Positions 47,896 to 57,027 of a stretch of DNA of 64,000 nucleotides are shown here, piece after piece. The stretch lies in sequence record OR352956.1; one strand, 5' to 3'. The notes beneath the pieces were generated by a model. It was given only the letters and a program-made list of their open reading frames with translations, searched no databases and was not told where the DNA came from. Position 1 is the stretch's first letter. Each line of letters begins with the position of its first letter. This DNA comes from Escherichia phage AV126. A program made the position numbers and the translations under genes.

Positions 47896-48843
47896 CTACA
47901 AACTTTCAATAACCTGGCGTCGCAACTCGTTTGCATCTGCCAGATTATAATGTGTTCGAACATGTTCAGCCAAGAACAAGCCACGATCTTCCCGATAATT
48001 TGGATTGCGAAGAAGCTTAACAATTTCGTAATGCCATTCTGCTTTATTCTCTGCGTAAGCAACAGCGCGAGCATCTACAGGGTTAAAATAAGGTAATACC
48101 TTAGAACAAACAATTGGAATACCTTTTGCTCCAGCTTCCAGGATTTTGAGATTGCTTTTACAATTATTAAAATCATTATCTACCAAAGGAGCTATAGCAA
48201 TAGCATGACTTTCGTAAACACTCATGTAATTATCTAAATCTTTTACAGCGGCTTTATATTTGGCATTTGGTAAATTTCTGCGAATCTTAATCCACTCTTG
48301 TCCCGTGATGCTTTGTGATGCTTCATATCCCGCAATAGTAAGAAGTTCATCATCGAAAGTATTAGAGACTAGTCGTAAGTCTGGTTCGTGACTAGCACCG
48401 CCAGCCCATACAACAGGGGTACCGGATGAACGATCATTTGACAAAGTGAATTGTCCGCTATCAAAAGGAAGTGCATTTCGGATCACAACAACATTCCTAT
48501 TTAAGTGACGGATCTTATATGCCAAATATTCCGTAGTCACAATAACCACATCAGCAAGCTTAACCATAGCTACAATAGCATGAGTGTTTGACTCGTATAG
48601 ACTTGCTAAATAATGTTCTGGATTAAGTTGGTAAAAATCATCTAAGTCTACAACAACCTTAACACCTTGACGTTTCAAAGATAAAACGTATTCTGCACCT
48701 TTAGAGTGGATACGGTTAAACACAACAACATCTTTCTTAGGTTGAATATTATTGTTGTTAAATGGTATAACAATACGATGATAGTCACAACCGCTGTGAG
48801 GTTTTGCATCAATTTTTAGTTTAGACCATTTTTTATTTGACAT
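47896..48843 (-). CDS. glycosyltransferase, GT-B fold (paralog 2)
   Basis: 315 aa; same N-terminal (CDYHRIVIPF) and C-terminal (SNLKILEAGAKGIPIVCS) motifs as neighbour. Confidence 0.55.
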   Translation of the reverse strand: MSNKKWSKLKIDAKPHSGCDYHRIVIPFNNNNIQPKKDVVVFNRIHSKGAEYVLSLKRQGVKVVVDLDDFYQLNPEHYLASLYESNTHAIVAMVKLADVVIVTTEYLAYKIRHLNRNVVVIRNALPFDSGQFTLSNDRSSGTPVVWAGGASHEPDLRLVSNTFDDELLTIAGYEASQSITGQEWIKIRRNLPNAKYKAAVKDLDNYMSVYESHAIAIAPLVDNDFNNCKSNLKILEAGAKGIPIVCSKVLPYFNPVDARAVAYAENKAEWHYEIVKLLRNPNYREDRGLFLAEHVRTHYNLADANELRRQVIESL

Positions 48844-49516
48844 GTGCTAGTGCCTCCTCATAGGAAATTCGGATTTTCCCATTTTTAATATCCTCTAAAG
48901 ATGCTTTATATTCTTCCCAGTTAATCCCAATAGCAGCCTCTTTCTCTTCTTTTGTCAGGTTAGCAAAAGGCATAGGATTGTTTCCAAAAACATCGTCTGG
49001 GTGGATATAAGCCATGATACGAAGTGGACAAGGTGTTGCCTGAATACCATGATTCAAACCAGCAGCTTGCAAACGGTGTCCCCATTCAGCATCTTCAAAA
49101 CCATAACCGTGAGTGTAAGGACGGAAATAACCCATCTTCTCAACAACGGAACGAGAATACATTGCAAATTGACACATTGCAAGTTCCCAGAGAATAACTT
49201 CTCCTTTGCTTCCAACAACTTTATCTTTGAAATACTCCGGCATACCAAAGAAATCCCATCCTCCAGAGACAGCTTGATCTACAAAGTATGTTTCCCATCC
49301 CTCCATGACTGGGTAGCAATCATCGTCAAAAATAAACCAATAATCATAACCTTCTTCATAAAACTGGTGCATAAGTTCATTCCTGGCATAAGCTACACCT
49401 TTACGATCTGGATCGTTGAATACTCGAAAATCTGCACGTGGATCTGTTACAAGGTAGTCTTTAAGTGGACGGACACCTACAGTGATAACACCCACTCCGA
49501 TTTTAATATTTTCCAT
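48833..49516 (-). CDS. glycosyltransferase, GT-A-like (DxD)
   Basis: 227 aa; YARNELM and WFIFDDDCYP acidic DxD-type motif. Confidence 0.5.
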   Translation of the reverse strand: MENIKIGVGVITVGVRPLKDYLVTDPRADFRVFNDPDRKGVAYARNELMHQFYEEGYDYWFIFDDDCYPVMEGWETYFVDQAVSGGWDFFGMPEYFKDKVVGSKGEVILWELAMCQFAMYSRSVVEKMGYFRPYTHGYGFEDAEWGHRLQAAGLNHGIQATPCPLRIMAYIHPDDVFGNNPMPFANLTKEEKEAAIGINWEEYKASLEDIKNGKIRISYEEALAHVK

Positions 49517-49524
49517 TTTCTCTC

Positions 49525-50088
49525 CTAAATAGTTTTACTGTGATCGTGACAGTGTAATAAATGATGTATAGACCGTTGAGGATTTGTTTGACCTAATCTG
49601 TAAATGTGAAACAGATACATTCCCCGCATCAATCCTAACCTCTTTCCTTTTTCATGTAAAGTGCGAGAGAAAATTAAGTCGAATTGGATAGATTTTTCTT
49701 CGAAAGGAATTTCGTTCCACAACGATTTTCTAAAAAGCAAAAAGAAACCTGCCAGAGGTGTTCCGAAAGGAACTTCTTCAACACTCACTTTATGATATTC
49801 TCTTGCAATCTTAGCATATTCTATATGGTTTAGAATATCTGGATCATCGTTAATTTGGTTAGAGAAAAGCTGATAACCACTACCTAACCTGTTACAAGTT
49901 GCACCTATTACATCAAAAGGTGGGTTTGAAATAACAAGCTCTTCAAGCATAGATGGTTGATCAGGCAGGAGGAACATTGTATCGGTATCTCTTAAGCACA
50001 CCCAACTATCATCTGGAAGAACGGCAATAGCTTCATTGATAGCCTTGCCGATATTTCCTGTCAGATAGGGAGTAATATAATAAATCAT
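49525..50088 (-). CDS. putative GT-A-like glycosyltransferase
   Basis: 187 aa; CLRDTDTMF DxD-like motif; tandem with other glycosyltransferases. Confidence 0.35.
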   Translation of the reverse strand: MIYYITPYLTGNIGKAINEAIAVLPDDSWVCLRDTDTMFLLPDQPSMLEELVISNPPFDVIGATCNRLGSGYQLFSNQINDDPDILNHIEYAKIAREYHKVSVEEVPFGTPLAGFFLLFRKSLWNEIPFEEKSIQFDLIFSRTLHEKGKRLGLMRGMYLFHIYRLGQTNPQRSIHHLLHCHDHSKTI

Positions 50089-50104
50089 TCTCCCCTCCGT
50101 TATA

Positions 50105-50296
50105 TTAACTGTCAGCTACAATCCCACGTTTAATCATTTCTTGTTGGATTTGGATGACACGATCTCGTGCTTCCATATATTCTTTAAAAGATTCTTGGAG
50201 ATGGTCACGAGCTACATCCCGTAGTTTAATCAGTTTGTCGTTTGTCACTTCTTGAAGAGAGATTTCGCCAGTTTCATTGGTCCCAAGCGTTTTCAT
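50105..50296 (-). CDS. hypothetical protein
   Basis: 63 aa. Confidence 0.4.
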   Translation of the reverse strand: MKTLGTNETGEISLQEVTNDKLIKLRDVARDHLQESFKEYMEARDRVIQIQQEMIKRGIVADS

Positions 50297-50552
50297 TTAC
50301 AACCTCCTTAATAGCTACTGCACAGTTCTTACAAATACATTGACCTTTGTTCTTAGAAATTTCAATGTAAGGTTCATTTTCGTTTTCTCTGCGTCGTGAA
50401 TCGTATATTACAGTATTGAAGCAGACAACGCAAATGTTTTTAATAACGACATATTTTTGCACTTTTTGCTTAGTGCGAAAATTGACTTCAATGACTTCTC
50501 CCATCAGTGAATCTCCCCTAAAATGTTGTTTTGAGACATTACTGCGGAGCAT
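50274..50552 (-). CDS. small Cys-rich (zinc-ribbon-like) protein
   Basis: 92 aa; CVVC...CICKNC. Confidence 0.4.
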   Translation of the reverse strand: MLRSNVSKQHFRGDSLMGEVIEVNFRTKQKVQKYVVIKNICVVCFNTVIYDSRRRENENEPYIEISKNKGQCICKNCAVAIKEVVNENAWDQ

Positions 50553-50788
50553 TCTACAGCATCATGAGTCCTTGCAAAACGCTCCCACAGCACAGCATCT
50601 ACTTTAAGAACCATACAAGGATAAATACTGTCGTTGATCATATCAATGCTATATTTATCTACATCCTTTTCATCTTCCATAAACAAAGTAGCGTATGCTT
50701 CCAAATGTTTACGGGTGTAGTATACGTCCTCTTCGGTAAGACCGACAACCAGGTAACTTGCTACAACAACAGTATTATCTTCTTGCAT
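50504..50788 (-). CDS. hypothetical protein
   Basis: 94 aa from ATG at 50788 (GGGGAG SD); ORF-track start 50851 overlaps upstream gene. Confidence 0.4.
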   Translation of the reverse strand: MQEDNTVVVASYLVVGLTEEDVYYTRKHLEAYATLFMEDEKDVDKYSIDMINDSIYPCMVLKVDAVLWERFARTHDAVECSAVMSQNNILGEIH

Positions 50789-50789
50789 T

Positions 50790-51311
50790 TTAACTCCCCT
50801 TTGGTAGATAGAAACCATGCACTTTATCTCGATAAACAAGACGCATATCACGCTCCCAGTGTGTCCTTATATTCCGTTTCTTGAAGTATAGAGCACCTTT
50901 AGTAACATCTAAAACAGACCGCAATTCAGGAAAATGTTTCTCTAAATAAAGTAAACGTTCCGCTATTGCTTTTGCTTCCTGCCACTTATCTTTTTCTGTT
51001 ACGTTAAAAGTTTTCGCATATGAGAATTGCCCTTTCTGGAACAAGACTCCTCTGACTGTGTTAGGGAAGTATGTATCATTTCTTCTGTTGATTACTACAT
51101 TCCCAACGGCATTCATTCCTTTTTTACCCAGACCTCGACCTTCTGCGTAAATTGCACAAGCTAATAGAATTTTATCATTATATTGCTTTGTACATTTGTG
51201 AACTACTTTAGCAGTTTTTACGTTTGCAGCTTCGGCTTTCGCCACAACAGGTGTAAATGTAAAAGCAGTTAAGGATAGTAACGCAACTGTTACAAAGTTT
51301 TTTATCAGCAA
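50790..51311 (-). CDS. secreted cell wall hydrolase, SleB/CwlJ family (putative signal-peptide endolysin)
   Basis: 173 aa; TTG start after AAAGGAGG SD; signal peptide (MLIKNFVTVALLSLTAFTFTPVVAKA); VGNVVINRRNDTYFPNTVRGVLFQKGQFS matches family core. Confidence 0.7.
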   Translation of the reverse strand: MLIKNFVTVALLSLTAFTFTPVVAKAEAANVKTAKVVHKCTKQYNDKILLACAIYAEGRGLGKKGMNAVGNVVINRRNDTYFPNTVRGVLFQKGQFSYAKTFNVTEKDKWQEAKAIAERLLYLEKHFPELRSVLDVTKGALYFKKRNIRTHWERDMRLVYRDKVHGFYLPKGS

Positions 51312-51343
51312 ATTTTGCCTCCTTTTTAAGTTAACGAACTTCT

Positions 51344-51372
51344 AGTATAACACGATAGAGGCTTTATTGCAA
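51344..51372 (-). promoter_or_regulatory. sigma70-like promoter (- strand), TTGCAA-N17-TATACT
   Basis: -35 at 51372-51367, -10 at 51349-51344; directly after G-rich hairpin 51373-51392. Confidence 0.45.
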
Positions 51373-51392
51373 GAGGGGGATTTCTCCCCCTC
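51373..51392 (-). other. G/C-rich hairpin between TerD-like gene and hydrolase promoter
   Basis: GAGGGGGA-tttc-TCCCCCTC 8 bp stem; no U-tract; similar to palindrome at 32558-32578. Confidence 0.4.
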
Positions 51393-51410
51393 AAAATCAT
51401 TTGTTAATTA

Positions 51411-52013
51411 TTATGGACATTCATACCATTCTTTTTTACCACCGAAGGCCATCACCACATCGCAAATATCCAGACCAGCTTTACCTACACCATATGCTTT
51501 CAGTTTCCATTCCCCATCTTCACGAACCAAGGAAGCCACGTGGCAGATTGTGTTGCCAGCTACTTCAGGAGCTAGGAAGTCAAAATCCAGAATTTCCACA
51601 TTGCGCTCGGAGTCGAAGATTTTAAGCATACCTTCAGAAGCATGACCAAAACGTTTCAGACCTGTATCATCATCAATGGTCAGAACAAAGGCAATCTCTT
51701 GTGCATCAGGAGAGATTTTAGCCAGAGTAATATCAATCTGCTCCATGCTGCCAGTCCCATCACGAACATCGTCACCAGCGAAGGTAGAACGTTCAGGATC
51801 AAACTTGTTAGCATAGCAAACCAGATGACGTGCAGACAGCATTTCAGGATTGCCAGCGGCATTGTGACGACAAACCAGTGCACTTACATCCAGATCCAGT
51901 TTAGAATCAGATTTCCAAGAGAATTCCAGGCGCAGTTCTTTCAGAGCCGGAGCAACTTTCTTCAGGGAAATTTTTTCGCTAGAGCCTTTTTTCAGGGAAA
52001 TTTTATCATTCAT
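51411..52013 (-). CDS. terD: TerD-domain protein
   Basis: 200 aa; N-terminal duplicated motif MNDKISLKKGSSEKISLKK parallels the start of bacterial TerD; GDDVRDGTGS resembles TerD Ca-binding motif. Confidence 0.75.
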   Translation of the reverse strand: MNDKISLKKGSSEKISLKKVAPALKELRLEFSWKSDSKLDLDVSALVCRHNAAGNPEMLSARHLVCYANKFDPERSTFAGDDVRDGTGSMEQIDITLAKISPDAQEIAFVLTIDDDTGLKRFGHASEGMLKIFDSERNVEILDFDFLAPEVAGNTICHVASLVREDGEWKLKAYGVGKAGLDICDVVMAFGGKKEWYECP

Positions 52014-52028
52014 CTTTTGTCTCCTCTA

Positions 52029-52298
52029 TTATTTAAGTGTAATACCAGTTACAGTCAATTCTACTTCCAAAAGCTTAGATGTGTTTTGGATTGCTACTAA
52101 TTGTGCATGATGGTTTAGTTCTACAGCAGAATAATCATTTTCCCCATCATCTACTTTTAAATAAACAATAACTTCACTAAGGTCTAAACCATTTTCGTCA
52201 AATGCATTTTCATAGACGAAAGTATCTCCTACATCCAAATCTTTAATGGTAAGGCATCGTTTATTTACTTTTTGCTCATCAATTTCGAAGTTTAACAC
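52029..52298 (-). CDS. small hypothetical protein (paralog B of 53320-53598)
   Basis: 89 aa; shares DL.VGDTF.Y..A.DE.GLD and C-terminal VELTVTGITLK with paralog A. Confidence 0.5.
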   Translation of the reverse strand: MLNFEIDEQKVNKRCLTIKDLDVGDTFVYENAFDENGLDLSEVIVYLKVDDGENDYSAVELNHHAQLVAIQNTSKLLEVELTVTGITLK

Positions 52299-52527
52299 TT
52301 CTTCCTCCTAATGTTATCTCCGGTTTGTATATACGAAGAATTATAGCATTTTCATTTTCTTTGTCAACCCATTCTTCATAATCGGGCCATACATGAATCT
52401 CTACTCTACTTACAATATTTTCCATCCGCACAGTCCCAATGAAATATTCTTTGAGACTGCGCATAATGAAAGCTTCTCTCTCGCGCCAATAATTTTCTAC
52501 GACTTGAGAGGCAAGCTCGTCGATCAT
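52279..52527 (-). CDS. hypothetical protein
   Basis: 82 aa; start overlaps vWA gene stop. Confidence 0.4.
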   Translation of the reverse strand: MIDELASQVVENYWREREAFIMRSLKEYFIGTVRMENIVSRVEIHVWPDYEEWVDKENENAIILRIYKPEITLGGRSVKLRN

Positions 52528-53318
52528 TTTTTAGCACCTACCTTAACAACCCACTCTCCGAACTCTTCAGATAAGAGTTTGTCATAAAGCTCTGAATCTG
52601 TCAAGTCTAAATCTTTAATGCCAATAAAACCAACATTGTCATAAGCATTTGCCAGTTCTTTCAGGAAGCTGAACTTCTCATTACCAACGCCAACCATGAA
52701 CCAATAGATAGGCTTATTCTTATTCTCTTCAATAAGACGACGAACAGCACTAGGATCACCATTCTCACCATCTGTCTGGAAGAATACAACACCAGGAGTA
52801 ACGTCAGCACCTGGTTCAGATACAGCTACAACTTTTTCACGCTCTACAGATACTGTTTCAGTTTTACCCAGCAGACGATTAAAGAAGCCTTTCTTTGGAG
52901 CCTCCTCTTGTACCACTTGTTTAGTGGTAACATATTTGGTAACAGTGCCAAAATACTCATCGTAGATATCTGCCATTACAGGGGCGTAATTTGTTCCACC
53001 TCCGATACGAACATTACGCATACATTTACCAACATAGTCATCGTAAACGTCTGCTGTTGCTGGAGTAAGCTCTTGAGAACTCGTATTGAAGGCCCACATG
53101 TCAATTTGTTCATTATCGTCGAACAGCATACCAAAAGGAAGCAGTTTGCCTACAAAATCACTCACTACCCCACGAGTATATAGACCATGCATACTACCAG
53201 AAATATCTAGAGCACATGCTACACGAAGAACAATCTTACCTTCATTCAGGTTCTTATTCTTTTTCAGAGAGAAAGCAAGGTTTTCTTGACGTTTTTTCAG
53301 GCTGATTTTCTCGGACAT
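52524..53318 (-). CDS. von Willebrand factor A domain protein (TerY-like)
   Basis: 264 aa; MIDAS motif DISGSM; N-terminus MSEKISLKK shares the EKISLKK motif with the TerD-like protein. Confidence 0.7.
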   Translation of the reverse strand: MSEKISLKKRQENLAFSLKKNKNLNEGKIVLRVACALDISGSMHGLYTRGVVSDFVGKLLPFGMLFDDNEQIDMWAFNTSSQELTPATADVYDDYVGKCMRNVRIGGGTNYAPVMADIYDEYFGTVTKYVTTKQVVQEEAPKKGFFNRLLGKTETVSVEREKVVAVSEPGADVTPGVVFFQTDGENGDPSAVRRLIEENKNKPIYWFMVGVGNEKFSFLKELANAYDNVGFIGIKDLDLTDSELYDKLLSEEFGEWVVKVGAKK

Positions 53319-53319
53319 A

Positions 53320-53598
53320 TTATTTCTCCTTCTTAAGTGTAATATTGGTAACTTCTAAATCTACTTCCACCATATTTGTATCTGGTGGGATGCAATGAGT
53401 ATAGCCTCGTTGTGCTAGTGATCCATTAATACAGATCGCACTGTTTGTGGAATTTTTAATGAACACCAAGTTACGGTAGGTATCCAACCCTGCGTCTTCA
53501 TAGGCATCATAATACATGAATGTGTCCCCTATGCCAAGGTCTTCGAAAGCAATAGGTAAATCCTGACACTTTTCTTCTTGAATATTGAATCTAAACAC
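53320..53598 (-). CDS. small hypothetical protein (paralog A of 52029-52298)
   Basis: GTG at 53598 after GAGGAGG SD gives 92 aa aligning end-to-end with paralog B; ORF-track start 53664 overlaps upstream gene. Confidence 0.45.
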   Translation of the reverse strand: MFRFNIQEEKCQDLPIAFEDLGIGDTFMYYDAYEDAGLDTYRNLVFIKNSTNSAICINGSLAQRGYTHCIPPDTNMVEVDLEVTNITLKKEK

Positions 53599-54154
53599 GC
53601 ATACCTCCTCTACCAATTTTGAAGCCCAAATCGTAAGCTTCCTTAGTGATCTTTTGTAACTCACTTATAGGAAGTGTTACAAGAGGATCATCTTCTTCAA
53701 TTTCCATCTTGTCATCTTCTGTTTCAATGAGAGTATTATGCACTTTGTGATAAGGGTTGTCAACACGTTTAAACTTATTCTTTTCTGTGCTGAAAAAACA
53801 ATCTGGATCTTCTTCACCATCACCCCAACCTTGGTTAGGATCTCCGTCAGATTGTTCTGTAGGGATTTCACCTGTAAAATACTCTTCCAGCACCATAGCG
53901 ATACCGTCCCTTGGATTCGAGGAATGCATTAAATCACAAACCTTACCCCAATCCATAGCCCATTCGAACCGTTCACGAACGCCATTTTCATTCTCCTTTC
54001 CAGAGAAAACACAACCATAACTATCATAGTTGCCATACATCTCTTCAATAACAACACCATCCTTCAAAAGAAAGAGATAGCAAGGTGATCCGTCGAAAGA
54101 AGTAGAAAGGGCAGCTTTGCCCGATTCCTTACACAAAAAGCTAAAACAACCCAT
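53591..54154 (-). CDS. hypothetical protein
   Basis: 187 aa, Cys-containing N-terminus, acidic C-terminal half. Confidence 0.45.
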   Translation of the reverse strand: MGCFSFLCKESGKAALSTSFDGSPCYLFLLKDGVVIEEMYGNYDSYGCVFSGKENENGVRERFEWAMDWGKVCDLMHSSNPRDGIAMVLEEYFTGEIPTEQSDGDPNQGWGDGEEDPDCFFSTEKNKFKRVDNPYHKVHNTLIETEDDKMEIEEDDPLVTLPISELQKITKEAYDLGFKIGRGGMRV

Positions 54155-54351
54155 TACAAACCCTCCTTCAGATTATCAAGAGCTACAGTGGTTTCACAAA
54201 ATTCTCCATATGCTTTATGATGTTCTAGAAAAGCTTCAGGTCCACCCCAATCATTATCGTGTGTATTCCAACCATCAATAAAAGCATCTTCAATGATTGT
54301 GATCAGTTCCTGTCGAGTCAACGTAATGGTATCAGGTTTTGGATTATGCAT
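54154..54351 (-). CDS. hypothetical protein
   Basis: 65 aa; start overlaps upstream stop. Confidence 0.4.
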   Translation of the reverse strand: MHNPKPDTITLTRQELITIIEDAFIDGWNTHDNDWGGPEAFLEHHKAYGEFCETTVALDNLKEGL

Positions 54352-54517
54352 CTTCTTTCTCCTCTAAAATATGAAACCCATAGCTACAATAGTCCTGAAA
54401 GGTTTCGTGTGCAAGATCTTCTATATCCTCTTGAGACATATCATCTTCAATTTCGATATCCACAACCTCATTGCATCCACACCAAGCAGTTTCAATATTC
54501 ACTCGTAAAGTTTTCAT
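54344..54517 (-). CDS. small hypothetical acidic protein (57 aa)
   Basis: Below ORF-track cut-off; ATGA overlap with upstream gene; MKTLRVNIETAWCGCNEVVD... Confidence 0.3.
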   Translation of the reverse strand: MKTLRVNIETAWCGCNEVVDIEIEDDMSQEDIEDLAHETFQDYCSYGFHILEEKEDA

Positions 54518-54720
54518 TCTTCTTCCTCATTAAATTCCACATCAGAAATAACTTTAAATCTACCAAAGTTACGACAACCTTCATAGATATATCCATCACG
54601 ACAAGCTGCAAAAATATCTGGAGTTTGTAGCTGGGTCATTGGGGCAAAGCGTTTCTCTTCGTCATAACGAACACCTATTTCTCCAGCTTGTTCGTCAAGC
54701 ATGTATACACGGATTCTCAT
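54514..54720 (-). CDS. hypothetical protein
   Basis: 68 aa; ends EEEE; coupled to neighbours. Confidence 0.4.
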   Translation of the reverse strand: MRIRVYMLDEQAGEIGVRYDEEKRFAPMTQLQTPDIFAACRDGYIYEGCRNFGRFKVISDVEFNEEEE

Positions 54721-55829
54721 TTACCCAACCCCTTCTTAACAGCGTCAACCATCCCATCTTCGAGAGATTGAACTTCATTGATGTAATCAACACGGGCAGC
54801 ACGGGCTTCCGTATTGATGCGGTTAGTTTCTTCCAACATTTTAACCAAGTTTTCCTGATCGTGACGCAGAGTTTCAATATCCAACACTTGACGGTTAGCC
54901 AGTGCTGCTGCTTCGATCTGATTCTGTGTGGCAAGATCGCTACCCAGTTTAATTGCCAGGTTAAATTCATCAAGAACGTTATTCTGTGTCTCTGCGGCTT
55001 TCATTTGACGTAAGCTTTCAATATACATTGAGAAGTTAGCAGAGTAAGCAGGAATAACATTATTTACTATGTTACGCGCAGATCGCATTAAGCTTGCAGA
55101 AACTTTTTGCATACCTTGCACACGTGGTCCCATTTGGACACACAGTAGGCGCAATGCTTTTAAATCCGCAATACGAATCTCCAGAAGATCCAAGGTATCT
55201 CGGATCGCTTGTCGCTGTTCTACCGCATCTTCTGGAAGAGCAGCCAAAGCTTGTTCTTCTTTTTCATAGGTCGCTGTTAGAAGCTGCATATCTCGGTTCA
55301 AACTTGCAGCATATTGTCCAATAGCTTGATGTAGCTTTTCAAGGTATACCAAAGAATCTTCTTCTTTGCGAATATCCATTTGAAGGTTCTTTACCAACTC
55401 TTCAATACGGTTATTAACATTATCAAACTCCCCAAACAGGTCTTCTTTCATACCCATAACTTTTTTAATGAGTTTAGTAATACCCTTGCTTTGTTTAATA
55501 GAGTTTGGATCAAGTTGTTTTGCCTGTTTAATCAAAGCTGTGAGTCGTTCACTCATCTGATCGCCTTGATTACTACGTTGATGTTTTAATACCTCAGCAT
55601 TCAAGGAACGCAAGGTTGTTCCTGCCTCTGCCCCAATCTCTTCGATCTCTTGTCGGGTCATAGAAGGCAAAACTGGAACTTCTTGCGGTGCCGCTGGTGC
55701 ATAAACAGGACTGGCATCTAACACGCTTGGAGCGAATACAGATTTACTTGCATCTGTTGTTGCAGCGAATACACTCATTTCAGACTTCTTCTGACCACCA
55801 GTAGCTGCTTTTAAAAATGGACTTGTCAT
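54717..55829 (-). CDS. TelA-like helical protein
   Basis: 370 aa, Ala/Pro-rich N-terminus then long helical/coiled-coil body; assignment by size, composition and Ter context only. Confidence 0.35.
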   Translation of the reverse strand: MTSPFLKAATGGQKKSEMSVFAATTDASKSVFAPSVLDASPVYAPAAPQEVPVLPSMTRQEIEEIGAEAGTTLRSLNAEVLKHQRSNQGDQMSERLTALIKQAKQLDPNSIKQSKGITKLIKKVMGMKEDLFGEFDNVNNRIEELVKNLQMDIRKEEDSLVYLEKLHQAIGQYAASLNRDMQLLTATYEKEEQALAALPEDAVEQRQAIRDTLDLLEIRIADLKALRLLCVQMGPRVQGMQKVSASLMRSARNIVNNVIPAYSANFSMYIESLRQMKAAETQNNVLDEFNLAIKLGSDLATQNQIEAAALANRQVLDIETLRHDQENLVKMLEETNRINTEARAARVDYINEVQSLEDGMVDAVKKGLGK

Positions 55830-56416
55830 TCTTCATTCTCCTCTTCTGCATCTCTTATATATGGTGAAACACCGTACTCTTTAGCTACTTTAACCCAATC
55901 ATCCCATTTATATAACCATAATTTTCCTTCAGTTCCTTCTTTATCTGATTTCAACCACATGTTAGGTTGCTTGCCTGGGTACATGCGATTAGGTTTACGA
56001 TTATAACCTCTAACACATCTTGTCGCAAACCTATCTACCAGAACAAGAACATATTTATATTCGTGGTTCAACGGCTCTTTGGAAGTGGCTTTAGGATTAG
56101 CCCCTAATTCTGCTGCCAGTTTTTGCCAATGAGCACCGTGCCTACTAAACTTACCCATACAACCATCAATAGCATGAGCAATTTCGTGCTTCATTGTATC
56201 CACGATCATATCTCTTGTGGAGTTCTTATGCAAGTGCCAATTTACAACAACAATTTTATCTCGGTAGTTGCACCAACCGAAAGAGTTATTCACTTTGTTT
56301 CTAACACAAGCTTTATATCCTGCTTCACGTAACATGTTGTAGTAAACAGGAAAATCTTCTTTTATTTCCTGCATCACTTCCCACCACAAGAGTTGCAAGT
56401 CTCTCTCGGTATGCAT
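55826..56416 (-). CDS. putative zinc metallopeptidase (SprT-like HExxH)
   Basis: 196 aa; MKHEIAHAIDGCMGKFSRHGAHW has HExxH plus downstream His. Confidence 0.4.
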   Translation of the reverse strand: MHTERDLQLLWWEVMQEIKEDFPVYYNMLREAGYKACVRNKVNNSFGWCNYRDKIVVVNWHLHKNSTRDMIVDTMKHEIAHAIDGCMGKFSRHGAHWQKLAAELGANPKATSKEPLNHEYKYVLVLVDRFATRCVRGYNRKPNRMYPGKQPNMWLKSDKEGTEGKLWLYKWDDWVKVAKEYGVSPYIRDAEEENEE

Positions 56417-56419
56417 AAC

Positions 56420-57013
56420 TTACACCTTAAAAGCGAAATGCGTGGTCGTGGCTTCAAAATCAGGGCCAGATAAACTTGCACTGAAATCTGAAATATTTGT
56501 AATTAAAAAGCTTTTATGCATACCTAACACAGCCACGCTTTCAATATCTTCTACTAACATTTCAATCATGTTAGAAACATGGCTGAACGTATAGTTTTGT
56601 TTTTTGATGGTGTAGAAAGAAAGACTCCCACCTGCTGTATAAGATACCTCTTCAAAATCTTTAATCGTATATTGTGTGCCATCAGTAAAGAAAATGGTAG
56701 CTTTATTAGTAGCACGTTTCTTGTTTTTTGGTCCTTTTTTACGTTTACTGCGAGTAGGCAAACCGTTTGGAAATACCGTAGCTACAAATTCTTCAGGAGA
56801 AACCTCCTTACCGAAATCATAACCGTAAGAAACAGCGTCTATAAACTCGTCGTCTTCATTTTTAAAATAATGAAAATAGGGCCAATTTGAGAGATTATCG
56901 AGCATCTTATGCTCATCCACAGCAGAGAACGTATCCCTCAAAGCACGTGTGATTTGCAAAGCATTAGGCAAACTTTTAACACCTGTAATGGAAGTACGAA
57001 TAGAAATTGTCAT
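56420..57013 (-). CDS. hypothetical protein with basic patch
   Basis: 197 aa; TRSKRKKGPKNKKRATNK. Confidence 0.45.
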   Translation of the reverse strand: MTISIRTSITGVKSLPNALQITRALRDTFSAVDEHKMLDNLSNWPYFHYFKNEDDEFIDAVSYGYDFGKEVSPEEFVATVFPNGLPTRSKRKKGPKNKKRATNKATIFFTDGTQYTIKDFEEVSYTAGGSLSFYTIKKQNYTFSHVSNMIEMLVEDIESVAVLGMHKSFLITNISDFSASLSGPDFEATTTHFAFKV

Positions 57014-57027
57014 TGTTTTTCTCCTTA

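Noticed and set aside
51367-52100. + strand ORFs (92, 74, 152 aa) across the TerD-like gene and hairpin
   Set aside because: Antisense to the TerD-like gene with its diagnostic N-terminal motif; they begin inside the GAGGGGGA/TCCCCCTC hairpin.
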